This document shows positions 36,403-45,615 of a DNA stretch of 64,000 bases, piece by piece. Made by a program: the position numbers and the translations under genes. Numbering within the stretch: position 1 is the stretch's first letter; every line of letters begins with the position of its first letter. Source of the DNA: Nitrososphaerota archaeon (GTDB lineage: Archaea; Thermoproteota; Nitrososphaeria_A; Caldarchaeales; Calditenuaceae); NCBI GenBank assembly GCA_041641295.1, contig JBEPYO010000001.1:480001-544000 (forward strand), written 5' to 3'. Below the pieces are notes generated by a model, which was given only the letters and a program-made list of their open reading frames with translations, was not told the DNA's origin and made no database searches.

Positions 36403-37047
36403 ATGAGAGGGCGAGACCTCATCGAGGCTCTGCGCAGAGAGCTCGAGGCCCTGAACAGACGTATAGAGCATCATCCATTTCTCACCGATGCGGAGAAGGG
36501 GCATCTATCCAGAGACAGGTTGAGACTCTTCGTAGAGAACCAGTACTACATTGTTTATCACGATTTGAGGAGTCTGGCTGTTATGGTTAGCAGGGCATCA
36601 CACCACGACGAGGCTGATTACCTCTCACGCCTCCAGCAGGGAGACCTCACAGCATTCCAAGCACTACTCAGGCTCGGCGAGGAGTTGGAGGCGCCTTTCA
36701 GAGAGTTTAGTGAGTTGAGAGTCATGCCAGGTGCTGTAGCCTATACTCACTATCTCGCTTGGCTCGCCCTCTATGGTGGAGCTGGTGAGCAGGTGGCTGC
36801 GTTGATCGTGAATCTGCCGGTCTGGGGCCGAGCTTGTCAGAGACTTGCAACGGCACTCAGGAAGAACTATGGGATCAGGTCTACCGAGTTCTTAGATGCC
36901 TTCGCCAATCCACCAGGCTGGGTTGAGGAGGAGGGTGGGAGGATTCTGGAGAGATATATGCCTGGTATCGAGGCGAGGGCTCGTCTTGTCTCTAGGATGA
37001 TCCAGAGCTATGAGCTCGGCTTCTGGGACTCTATCTATGGTGGGTGA
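36403..37047 (+). CDS. TenA family protein lacking the active-site Cys (TenA_E-like)
   Basis: HPFL, NQYYIV..D, AYTHYL, NLPVWG, YELGFWD. Confidence 0.8.
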   Translation: MRGRDLIEALRRELEALNRRIEHHPFLTDAEKGHLSRDRLRLFVENQYYIVYHDLRSLAVMVSRASHHDEADYLSRLQQGDLTAFQALLRLGEELEAPFREFSELRVMPGAVAYTHYLAWLALYGGAGEQVAALIVNLPVWGRACQRLATALRKNYGIRSTEFLDAFANPPGWVEEEGGRILERYMPGIEARARLVSRMIQSYELGFWDSIYGG

Positions 37048-37054
37048 GGGGTAG

Positions 37055-37738
37055 GTGTTGAGCGGCTTCACCGACCGTTTATGGTCCTCGGTCAGAGACA
37101 TTTATGAGGCTATTCTGACACACCCGTTCCTAACAGGGCTAACTGATGGAAGCCTAGACTTGGAGGTCTTCAAGGGATACATAATTCAGGACGCCCTCTA
37201 TCTCAGTAGGTTCGCCAAGGCGGTTGCACTTGTAGGGGCCAAGGCGCCGGACGACGACGCAGCCCTCACACTCATCTCAGCCGCGCGCGACGCACTCTCG
37301 GTTGAGCGGGCCACACTCCACGACTTCCTCCTCACCCAGTGGGGCATCAAAATGACAGACCTCCAGCAATACCAGATGACGCCAACCAATAGAGCCTACA
37401 CGGACTTTCTCATCGCCTCAGCCTACGAGAAACCATTTCTCACCTGCTTGGCGGCGGTACTCCCCTGCTTCTGGGTGTACTTGGAGGTGGGGAGGGAATT
37501 GTTGAAGAAGGGATCGCCAGTCGAGACATATAGCCGTTGGATAGACACCTACTCCTCGCCAGACTATGAGCAGGCAGTGGGCCGCATAATCAGGCTGGCG
37601 GGAGAGGTTGGTGCGGGTGCTAGGGCGGCGGAGAAGGAGGAGGCGGAACTATACTTCAGGATTTCTACGATGTATGAGTATCTATTCTGGGACTCTGCTT
37701 ACCGGAGGGAAGACTGGCCCTTCGTGCCGAAGAGATAA
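37055..37738 (+). CDS. tenA: Thiaminase II / aminopyrimidine aminohydrolase TenA (TenA_C)
   Basis: HPFL..L.DGSL, YIIQDALYL, LPCFWVY, WIDTYS, EYLFWD. Confidence 0.9.
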   Translation: MLSGFTDRLWSSVRDIYEAILTHPFLTGLTDGSLDLEVFKGYIIQDALYLSRFAKAVALVGAKAPDDDAALTLISAARDALSVERATLHDFLLTQWGIKMTDLQQYQMTPTNRAYTDFLIASAYEKPFLTCLAAVLPCFWVYLEVGRELLKKGSPVETYSRWIDTYSSPDYEQAVGRIIRLAGEVGAGARAAEKEEAELYFRISTMYEYLFWDSAYRREDWPFVPKR

Positions 37739-37745
37739 AGTCCGC

Positions 37746-37762
37746 CCATAACTGGGTTATGG
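37746..37762. promoter_or_regulatory. Palindromic operator upstream of the MFS gene
   Basis: CCATAAC-TGG-GTTATGG, adjacent to TTTATAT (37768). Confidence 0.55.
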
Positions 37763-37800
37763 ACCGCTTTATATGAAGCCAGACCACCAAACCCATCGAG

Positions 37801-39123
37801 TTGTCGCGAGAGGATATCCTGTCATCCCTTGAGTCTGCCGGTTGGAGGCGCCCGCACTGGTACCTTTTCACAGCAGTCTCCCTCAACTATCTGCTCGACG
37901 GAATAGTCTTCGCGATAGCTCCTCTGACGGCGGTCATCATCACACCAGACCTCGCCACCGTCATCTTTGCATCTAACCTTCTCGCGGAGACGGCGGGCTC
38001 GGTCTTCTTCGGATACTTGGCAGATAAGCGTGGAAGGAAGTTCTGCCTCCTACTGATAAACTCGATACAGGCCCTCTCGACAGGGCTCCTCTTCTTCCTC
38101 TACAAGAGCCCCATAGCCGTCCTAGTGCTGACCTCGTTGATGAGTTTTAGCGTGGGTGGCGACTTCGGTGCGTCCTATGCCGCCTTAGCGGAAGTGGTTC
38201 CAGCCAAGTATAGGGGGAAGGCCATCCTTCTCTCAACCAACTTCTGGAATGTAGGGAGCGCGGCAATTGCGGGCGCCGCGCTGGTGTTTAGGGCGATATA
38301 CTCCGACCCCGACATCCAGATTCAATACATCCTCCTCGCAACCATAGCGACACTCGGCCTTGTGGCGGTGATTAGGCTTATGGTCCCAGAGTCTCCGCGA
38401 TGGCTACTACATGTAGGCAAGGCAAGTGAGGCCGCCAAGGTCTCAGCAGAGATTGGCGCCCAACAGCCCCAACCTCCCCCAAGCCATGCCACAACTGTAG
38501 CAGGTAAGGCCGTCGGAGGCCCGGGTATTGGCTTCCTATACCGGTTCGCAATCCTCTCGATCATAACTGTTTCACAATACGTTACCTACGGGATGATGGC
38601 CTATTATGCGCCATACGCCAAGGGCTTCACCTTCGGTGCCGAGTCGGCGCCCCTAGTGATCTTTGTTGCTAATCTCGGAGCGTCGGTGGGCGCACTACTC
38701 CTGTGGCCGCTCATAGACAGGAGTAGGAGGCTATCCACCCTCCTATCCTTCCTATTCGGGACGGTTTTTGCAGCTCTAGTACTGCTAACGCACAACGCTG
38801 GACAGTTCCTATACTTCTACGCAACACTTCTCCTCTGCCTCGTCTTCTCGGAGTGGGCTTGGGGCTCTGTGAGCGCCCTCCAAAGCGAGCTCTTCCCCAC
38901 AGGCATCCGGGCCACCGCCGTAGGTGTTTTAACGGGATTGACAGGCGTCAGCGGCGCGCTGATGGTCCTAACACAGAATATACTCTCAGCGTCTGAGTTC
39001 CTAGCAGCCTCGGTGATACTCTGGGGCGCTGGCCTAGCGGCAACTCTGGCTTGGCTGGTGCGCGGGCTTGAGACCGCGAACAGGACTGTCGAAGAGTTGA
39101 GTGAAGGCTTAAAGACAGTTTAA
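37801..39123 (+). CDS. MFS transporter, candidate thiamine/precursor uptake
   Basis: GYLADKRGRK, PESPRWL, SELFPTGIRA; clustered with the tenA genes. Confidence 0.85.
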   Translation: MSREDILSSLESAGWRRPHWYLFTAVSLNYLLDGIVFAIAPLTAVIITPDLATVIFASNLLAETAGSVFFGYLADKRGRKFCLLLINSIQALSTGLLFFLYKSPIAVLVLTSLMSFSVGGDFGASYAALAEVVPAKYRGKAILLSTNFWNVGSAAIAGAALVFRAIYSDPDIQIQYILLATIATLGLVAVIRLMVPESPRWLLHVGKASEAAKVSAEIGAQQPQPPPSHATTVAGKAVGGPGIGFLYRFAILSIITVSQYVTYGMMAYYAPYAKGFTFGAESAPLVIFVANLGASVGALLLWPLIDRSRRLSTLLSFLFGTVFAALVLLTHNAGQFLYFYATLLLCLVFSEWAWGSVSALQSELFPTGIRATAVGVLTGLTGVSGALMVLTQNILSASEFLAASVILWGAGLAATLAWLVRGLETANRTVEELSEGLKTV

Positions 39124-39156
39124 GTATCTCTCAACACTTATCCTCTGCGAGTATCC

Positions 39157-39927
39157 ATGCCTCCACGCAGTCCTAGAATCGCATTACAGCTATACTCTGT
39201 GAGGGATGAGTGTTCGAAGGATTTCTTCAAGACACTTGAGGCCGTGGCCGATATGGGGTTTGAGGGCGTCGAGTTCGCGGGATACTATGGGAAGTCCGCA
39301 GGCGAGATCAAGGACAAGCTCAGGGACCTTGGACTGGATATTGCCGGAGCCCACGAGTCAATACAGAGGATGAGCGGAGACGAGTTAGAGAAGACTTTAA
39401 GATATAACAAGGAGCTCGGAAACAACAAGATTGTCATCCCCTGGCTTCCACCAGAGATGAGGGCCGACAAGCGAGGCTGGATAAACTCGGCCAGACTTAT
39501 CAGCGAGATGGCGGATAAAGCCTCCGCCCAAGGCTTCAAGATCGGATACCACAACCACCGCGAAGAGTTTACACCAGTCAATGGAGAATATCCCTGGCAC
39601 ATATTCTTCGACAATGCGAGTGGCACAGTCTTCATGCAGCTTGACACTGGGAATGCTCTGAGCGCGGGAATACCTGACACACTGCTGGTCGAGGTTTTAA
39701 GGAGGTATCCCAACAGAGCCCTGACAATCCATCTCAAAGACTACTCTCTCAGGCGTGGATTCGTCATCCTAGGGGAGGGGGATGTGCCTTTCAGGGAGGT
39801 GCTGGCTGCCTGCAGCGAGGTGGGAGGTACGGAGTGGCTGATAGTTGAGCAGGAGACATACCCCTACCCTCCTCTCGAGTCTGTCAGACGTTGCCTAGAA
39901 AACCTGAAAAAGATACTGCAGACATAA
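39157..39927 (+). CDS. Sugar phosphate isomerase/epimerase (xylose-isomerase-like TIM barrel)
   Basis: LQLYSVR, GVEFAG, YHNH..EF, QLDTG, IHLKD, VEQE. Confidence 0.85.
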   Translation: MPPRSPRIALQLYSVRDECSKDFFKTLEAVADMGFEGVEFAGYYGKSAGEIKDKLRDLGLDIAGAHESIQRMSGDELEKTLRYNKELGNNKIVIPWLPPEMRADKRGWINSARLISEMADKASAQGFKIGYHNHREEFTPVNGEYPWHIFFDNASGTVFMQLDTGNALSAGIPDTLLVEVLRRYPNRALTIHLKDYSLRRGFVILGEGDVPFREVLAACSEVGGTEWLIVEQETYPYPPLESVRRCLENLKKILQT

Positions 39928-40006
39928 ACCGCTCAGCCGGCTTCTCTCAAATCTATTGACTGAGCAGAAGTTTATTAGTCATGATTTGAGTTAGCTCTGG
40001 GTTGAG

Positions 40007-41488
40007 ATGGCGAAAACTGTCTTAGAGAAGATTTGGGACGACCACGTCCTAGCCGTGCGCGGAGAGGACGAGTACCTCCTCTACGTTGATAGGCATTTGA
40101 CGCATGAGGTGACTTCGCCGATCGCCTTTGAGGGTCTTAGGACGGCTGGGAGGAGGGTTAGGAGGCCGGACCTGACCTTTGCCCTAATGGACCATAATGT
40201 TCCAACATCTGATAGGGCTCTGCCTGTAAGGGACGAGCATTCTCGGGAGCAGATGAGGGCTCTCGCCAAGAACGCTCGAGAATTCTCCATCACACTCTTC
40301 GACTACTTTAGTCCATGGCAGGGTATTGTGCATGTCGTGGGCCCCGAGCTGGGTTTGACGGTCCCGGGCATAACGCTCGTCTGCGGAGACAGCCACACCA
40401 GCACCCACGGCGCCCTAGGGGCGCTTGCTTTCGGTATAGGGACGAGCGAGGGTGAGCACGTCTTCGCAACCCAGACGATATGGATGAGGAGGCCGAGGCA
40501 GATGGAGGTTAGGCTGGAGGGGGATTTCAAGAGCCACACAACCGCGAAGGACGCCATACTCTACGTTATTCGGGATCTGGGGACCGGGGGGATGATTGGG
40601 CATGCAGCCGAGTTTAGAGGCGAGGCCGTCAAGAGGATGAGTGTGGAGGAGAGGATGACGATCTGCAACATGGCGATTGAGGGAGGAGCGAGGACGGCGA
40701 TAGTTGAGCCGGACGAGAAGGTCTACAGCTACCTGGATGGCGCCCCATACGCGCCCACGGGCGATGACTGGGAAGATGCTAAGAAGTATTGGGAGACGTT
40801 GAAGACGGATAATGGCGCGAAGTTCGACAAGAGCTATAGGCTAGACGTCTCCAAGCTGGAGCCCCAGATAACGTGGGGGACTAACCCTGCGATGTGTATA
40901 GGTGTGAGCGAGACAGTGCCTGAGCCGCGAATGTTTGAAGACCCTGCGAAGAGGAAGATGATCGAAAGGGCTCTCGAATACATGGGCTTGAAGCCGGGAC
41001 AGAAGATTGAAGGAACACCCATAGACGCCGTCTTCATAGGCTCCTGCACCAATGCGAGACTCTCCGACCTAGTAATGGTGGCTAGGCTGGTTAAGGGTAG
41101 GAAAGTTGCTCCGGGTGTTAGGGCCATGATTGTTCCAGGGTCGATGCTAGTTAAGAGGAGGGCTGAGAGGATGGGCCTCCATAGAATATTCCTAGAGGCA
41201 GGGTTTGAGTGGAGGAATAGCGGCTGCAGCATGTGTATAGCCATGAACGAGGATAGGCTTGGGCCGGGGGAGAGGGGAGTCCTGACGAGTAATAGGAACT
41301 TCGAGAACAGGGCAGGCCCGGGAAGCCGCGTCCACCTTGCCAGCCCACTGACAGCAGCGGCCTCGGCTCTAGAGGGAAAGATAGCAGACCCTAGAAAATA
41401 CAGCCTCGCAAGCATCGACGAACTCGAGCTCGAATGGGTCTCGCCATGGATAGAGAGGAATATTCTAAAACCCATGGGAGGTGGGTAG
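40007..41488 (+). CDS. leuC: 3-isopropylmalate dehydratase large subunit
   Basis: HEVTSP, CGDSHTSTHGA, FIGSCTN, GCSMCIAMN, TSNRNFE. Confidence 0.95.
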   Translation: MAKTVLEKIWDDHVLAVRGEDEYLLYVDRHLTHEVTSPIAFEGLRTAGRRVRRPDLTFALMDHNVPTSDRALPVRDEHSREQMRALAKNAREFSITLFDYFSPWQGIVHVVGPELGLTVPGITLVCGDSHTSTHGALGALAFGIGTSEGEHVFATQTIWMRRPRQMEVRLEGDFKSHTTAKDAILYVIRDLGTGGMIGHAAEFRGEAVKRMSVEERMTICNMAIEGGARTAIVEPDEKVYSYLDGAPYAPTGDDWEDAKKYWETLKTDNGAKFDKSYRLDVSKLEPQITWGTNPAMCIGVSETVPEPRMFEDPAKRKMIERALEYMGLKPGQKIEGTPIDAVFIGSCTNARLSDLVMVARLVKGRKVAPGVRAMIVPGSMLVKRRAERMGLHRIFLEAGFEWRNSGCSMCIAMNEDRLGPGERGVLTSNRNFENRAGPGSRVHLASPLTAAASALEGKIADPRKYSLASIDELELEWVSPWIERNILKPMGGG

Positions 41489-41492
41489 AGAG

Positions 41493-42122
41493 ATGCCGGA
41501 GCCTGTAAGGAGAATAGTGGGCAAAGCCGCACCACTCGAGATGGACGACGTCGATACTGACCAGATTATTCCAGCCCAATTCCTCAAAGTCCTCTCGAGG
41601 AAGGGCCTCGGCAAATATCTCTTCTACAGATGGAGGTTCGATGAGGATGGAAAGCCTAAGGAGGGGTTCGTCCTAGACCGGAAAGAGTTTCGGGACGCGG
41701 TTATCCTCGTCGCGGGGCGGAACTTCGGCATAGGCTCTTCGAGGGAGAATGCTGTTTGGGCCTTGATGGACTTCGGTATAAGATGTGTGATAGCCTCATC
41801 CTTCGGCGACATCTTCTACGGCAACTCCGTGAAGAACGGTCTCCTCTGCATTAGGCTGGATGAAGAGACCGTCAAGAGGCTAAGGAGCGAGGCGGCTAAA
41901 GGCGGCCTCACTCTAGATATTGACGTCGAGGCGGAGACGATTAAGCTGCCAAGCGGAGAGACCATCAACTTCAAGCTTGAGCCGAATGTGAAGAGGAGGC
42001 TGCTGGAGGGTCTGGACGAGATAGAGGCCACCTTGAGGGAGTATGGCGATAAGATCCGGGCATACGAGGCCAAGATGGCGCGGTTTAAGATGCCGAGGCA
42101 GACCACAGTACCACTCGAGTAG
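41493..42122 (+). CDS. leuD: 3-isopropylmalate dehydratase small subunit
   Basis: DVDTDQIIP, NFGIGSSRE, SFGDIF..N..KNG, LLEGLDEI. Confidence 0.93.
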   Translation: MPEPVRRIVGKAAPLEMDDVDTDQIIPAQFLKVLSRKGLGKYLFYRWRFDEDGKPKEGFVLDRKEFRDAVILVAGRNFGIGSSRENAVWALMDFGIRCVIASSFGDIFYGNSVKNGLLCIRLDEETVKRLRSEAAKGGLTLDIDVEAETIKLPSGETINFKLEPNVKRRLLEGLDEIEATLREYGDKIRAYEAKMARFKMPRQTTVPLE

Positions 42123-42126
42123 GGTT

Positions 42127-43260
42127 TTACATCCTTATTATCTGCCTAACAGCCACACCCTCTGCCAGCAGGTCAAGCCCCTCATTCAGCTCGTCGAGCG
42201 TTAGATACCCTGTCACAACCTCATCCAGCCTTATCACACCTTTTGCAAAGAGGCTGACCAGTATTGGGATGTCGCGGCGCGGGACGATGGAGCCCATGTA
42301 TGAGCCTATTATTCGCCTCTCCTCGCCCATTATCAGCCAGCTAGGCAGTTCCACCTTGTCCTCTGGCGATGTGACTCCGAGGATCACGGTTGTCCCACCT
42401 TTCCGCGTCGCTAGAAAGGCCTGAGCCATTACCCGGGTGTTTCCAGTGGCCTCGAAGCAGTATTCTGCTCCACGCCCCCCAGTCAACCTTCTAACCTCAG
42501 CCACAGGGTCCTGTCTCGAGGCGTTAACAATGTCTGTGGCTCCCAGTCGTGAGGCCTTCTCCAACTTCTCCGGAAAAATGTCCACCGCGATTATCTGCAT
42601 GGCTCCCACAATACTTAGGGCTTGTATAATGTTGAGACCCAGTCCCCCGCATCCGAAGACTGCGACACTTGAGCCCGGCTTGACCTGCGCCGCATTTATG
42701 ACAGCTCCGAAGGCAGTGGGTATCGCGCAGCCGAAGAGTGCTAGCCTCTCGGGAGGGAGTTCCGGGGGTACAGGAATCGCCGACGAGGATGGGACTACAA
42801 TGTATTCGGAGAAGGCTGAGACACCCAAGTGGTGGTGGACCTCTCTCCCATCTAGTCTGAACCTAGTCCCGCCTGTAACTAGTACACCCTCGTTATTGGC
42901 AGCCCTGCCCGCGTCGCAGAGCGTGGGCCTCCCCGAGAGACAGTAGACGCACTCGCCACAGCTCTGGGCGAATGAGAGGACAACCCTCTCACCCTTCCTA
43001 GACGGCGAGACGTTCTCACCCACATCCACTACCCTCCCCGCACATTCATGCCCAAGCACAATCGGCATGGGCGGCCTCCTCACACCCTCAATGACGGCCA
43101 AGTCAGAGTGGCAGAGCCCAGCAGCCTCTACCTTCACCAGAACCTCATTCTTTAACGGCCCTATCAGCTCCAGCTCCTTAACCGATACAGGCTTTGATGA
43201 TTGATATGGTCTGGGGAGTCCCTGCCTCTCAACTACGGCTGCTCTTGTTTTTAGGGTCAA
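42127..43260 (-). CDS. Zn-dependent alcohol dehydrogenase (MDR family)
   Basis: GLCHSD, GHE, structural CxxCxxCx7C, GCGGLG. Confidence 0.92.
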   Translation of the reverse strand: MTLKTRAAVVERQGLPRPYQSSKPVSVKELELIGPLKNEVLVKVEAAGLCHSDLAVIEGVRRPPMPIVLGHECAGRVVDVGENVSPSRKGERVVLSFAQSCGECVYCLSGRPTLCDAGRAANNEGVLVTGGTRFRLDGREVHHHLGVSAFSEYIVVPSSSAIPVPPELPPERLALFGCAIPTAFGAVINAAQVKPGSSVAVFGCGGLGLNIIQALSIVGAMQIIAVDIFPEKLEKASRLGATDIVNASRQDPVAEVRRLTGGRGAEYCFEATGNTRVMAQAFLATRKGGTTVILGVTSPEDKVELPSWLIMGEERRIIGSYMGSIVPRRDIPILVSLFAKGVIRLDEVVTGYLTLDELNEGLDLLAEGVAVRQIIRM

Positions 43261-43295
43261 ATCGAGTTAATCCAAACGTAGGGGGAAATAAGGGT

Positions 43296-43820
43296 TTAAG
43301 GCTCGGAGAGCTTCTCTAAAAGCTCAAGCAGCTGCTGCCCCTGCGGGCTCAAGACGTATAGTTTCTCGCCACCCTCACCGGGCTGCTCATGGATTAGACC
43401 ATAGCTCTTCAACAGCTCAACATTCCTGTCAATAGTCTTCCAGTCTATGCCGAGGGCCTTTGAGAGCTGGTACCTGTTCATCGGCACCTCGAGGCTCTTC
43501 AACATCTTAACACGCGTATTAGCACCCCTCATCTTCACCATAAGCCTGAAGACAGAGTAGTCGAACATGCTCCTAGACCACATGTGTCTCACAAGCCCCT
43601 TGTATGCGAGTGTAGCAGCAACACCTAGCCAAGAAGCCACGGATACCCAAGTAGTAACAGTCTCAGCGCTGAAGGCTAAACCCTCAGCCTGAGCCTCAGC
43701 CCTAAGGGAGGGAGCCGCGGCTGGAGCGACAGGGGCCGTGAAAGTTAGGTAGAGCCAGAAGACTGTAGAAGATGCCGCAATAATTAGAAGGATGATGAGT
43801 AGGAAGGTTGAGGGGCGCAA
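43296..43820 (-). CDS. Membrane-anchored winged-helix transcription regulator (two TM helices plus wHTH)
   Basis: Two hydrophobic segments, then RGANTRVKML..PMNRYQLSKALGIDWKTIDRNVELL..YGLI; start chosen at TTG 43820. Confidence 0.7.
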   Translation of the reverse strand: MRPSTFLLIILLIIAASSTVFWLYLTFTAPVAPAAAPSLRAEAQAEGLAFSAETVTTWVSVASWLGVAATLAYKGLVRHMWSRSMFDYSVFRLMVKMRGANTRVKMLKSLEVPMNRYQLSKALGIDWKTIDRNVELLKSYGLIHEQPGEGGEKLYVLSPQGQQLLELLEKLSEP

Positions 43821-43856
43821 ACTCAGCCCTACTTTTCGCGAGACATATTTTAATCT

Positions 43857-45098
43857 TTGACAGAGCCTTCCAGAGACTCCCAAGATATAAAAACTGGGTG
43901 TTTCACTTCTGGTGCAGATTTGAGTATATCGCCCATCTCGGCTATGAGGCTTTGGAATCTGATGTTTTATTTCGCCATGGGTATTGCAGCACCCTATTTC
44001 CCCGTCGTTTTAGAGGAGAGCGGCTTAACGCCTAGTCAGATAGGGCTTGCCTTCACGATAAGTAATATCTCTTCAGGTTTCTCTTCATACTATATCGGGA
44101 GACTCTCAGACCGGGTCGGCAGGCTCAAGATACTACTATCATCAACCATTCTCACAGCCATCTCATATCTGCTACTCGCTGTGAAACTCAACCCTTACCT
44201 CACCGTGCTCTTATTCGCTCTCCTCATGGTGGGGCTGGGCTCGGCCAACACAGTAGTTACGGCCTACTCGATAGACTCGTTGGAGCGCGCGGGAATCTCG
44301 CGGGGAAGCGGGTTCGGGTCTATAAGGATTGGCGGGAGCATCGGCTGGATACCCGGCACTTTCCTCGGCGGAGCCTTGGTCAGCCTATTCGGTTTGAGGA
44401 GCATATTCCTATTGGCTCCACTCGTCATCGGCCTCTCGGTCCTAACCTTTTACAGGCTGGGAGAAGACAGAGTGTCTAAGAAACGGGATAGTGAGGATGT
44501 GAGCCCGCTTAGCCTCCTCAGGGGGGCACCAGGCGTGCTGCTTTTGACGATGACACTCGCTTTCGTGGCCAACTCATCCATAATGAGCTTCCTCTCACTT
44601 CACATGATCAATACACTGGGGGCCTCGCCACTGGAGGTCTCTACGGCCTTCGCCTTGATGGGGCTGACAGAGATACCTGCCATGGTGTATCTCGGAAAGC
44701 TATCCGACAGAGTTGGTAGAAGACCCGTGCTCCTACTCTGCCTATCGGCATTCCCCCTGAGGCTTGCTATCTCAGGACTATCACCCGATAGATACGTGGT
44801 CATACTTGCACAGTCTCTCAACAGTTTCACCTTCGGCGGCCTCTACGTCGTCTCCATAGCCTACGCCTCCGAACTCGTCCCAGAGCGTATGCGCGGCGCG
44901 TATATGGGGCTGTATGGAGCCACCTTCAGCGCGGGCGGCGTGATCGGGGGCTATCTCTGGGGGAGCATAGCTGAGGCAACATCTTACGCCTCTATGTTCC
45001 AATACTCAGCCCTCTTCTCGCTTATACCTGTAGCCCTGACAGGGATAGCTCTTAGGAAGCAGCGGCGCGAGGTCTACTCTGCTCCCGTAGCACCATGA
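43857..45098 (+). CDS. MFS transporter
   Basis: GRLSDRVGR and GKLSDRVGRR motifs, about 12 TM helices; true start probably about 43920-43944. Confidence 0.88.
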   Translation: MTEPSRDSQDIKTGCFTSGADLSISPISAMRLWNLMFYFAMGIAAPYFPVVLEESGLTPSQIGLAFTISNISSGFSSYYIGRLSDRVGRLKILLSSTILTAISYLLLAVKLNPYLTVLLFALLMVGLGSANTVVTAYSIDSLERAGISRGSGFGSIRIGGSIGWIPGTFLGGALVSLFGLRSIFLLAPLVIGLSVLTFYRLGEDRVSKKRDSEDVSPLSLLRGAPGVLLLTMTLAFVANSSIMSFLSLHMINTLGASPLEVSTAFALMGLTEIPAMVYLGKLSDRVGRRPVLLLCLSAFPLRLAISGLSPDRYVVILAQSLNSFTFGGLYVVSIAYASELVPERMRGAYMGLYGATFSAGGVIGGYLWGSIAEATSYASMFQYSALFSLIPVALTGIALRKQRREVYSAPVAP

Positions 45099-45486
45099 TG
45101 AGGAGGGCTACGCCGGCGATCAGGAGCACTAGCCCCACGATCGGTGTGAAGAATCCCAGCATCGCCATGATTTTCTGAACCTCAGCAAGGCTCGATACAA
45201 AGCTCAGACCGATGAAGACCATTATAGTAGCCGCCACCGCCAGCACAGCCTTCTCTATAGGCATCCTTGCAGCACCCTTCTCGCTCTCCGAGGGCAGTAG
45301 AATGGCCGCAGCTACATAGAGCGCCAATGCTGCATAGAAGTTCAAGAAGAGGACGACCACGAAGATTAGCCTCAATATGTTTGGGTCGACGCCGAGATAC
45401 TCCGCTATTCCTCCGAGAACGCCCGCCACTATCCTGTGCCGAGACGATTTACAGAGCCTCTTCTGCCCAGCTCCCTCGCCTTCCAA
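45052..45486 (-). CDS. PspC domain membrane protein
   Basis: KRLCKS...IVAGVLGGIAEYLGVDPNILRL. Confidence 0.85.
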   Translation of the reverse strand: MEGEGAGQKRLCKSSRHRIVAGVLGGIAEYLGVDPNILRLIFVVVLFLNFYAALALYVAAAILLPSESEKGAARMPIEKAVLAVAATIMVFIGLSFVSSLAEVQKIMAMLGFFTPIVGLVLLIAGVALLIMVLREQSRPRAAAS

Positions 45487-45615
45487 GCCCTCAGTAAATG
45501 CAGGGGGGCCTGCCAGATATTAACCGTGTCTGCACGCACGTTTTAAAGAAAACCCCCAGATTTTTGCGAAGTGATTTATGGGTATCCGGCGTCTGGGTAA
45601 AAAGAGTATGATTTA

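Noticed and set aside
40834-41535. Long antisense ORFs (also 47305-47856, 42437-42946, 12803-13240, 6729-7166)
   Set aside because: They lie opposite well-supported genes and reflect codon bias, with no motifs
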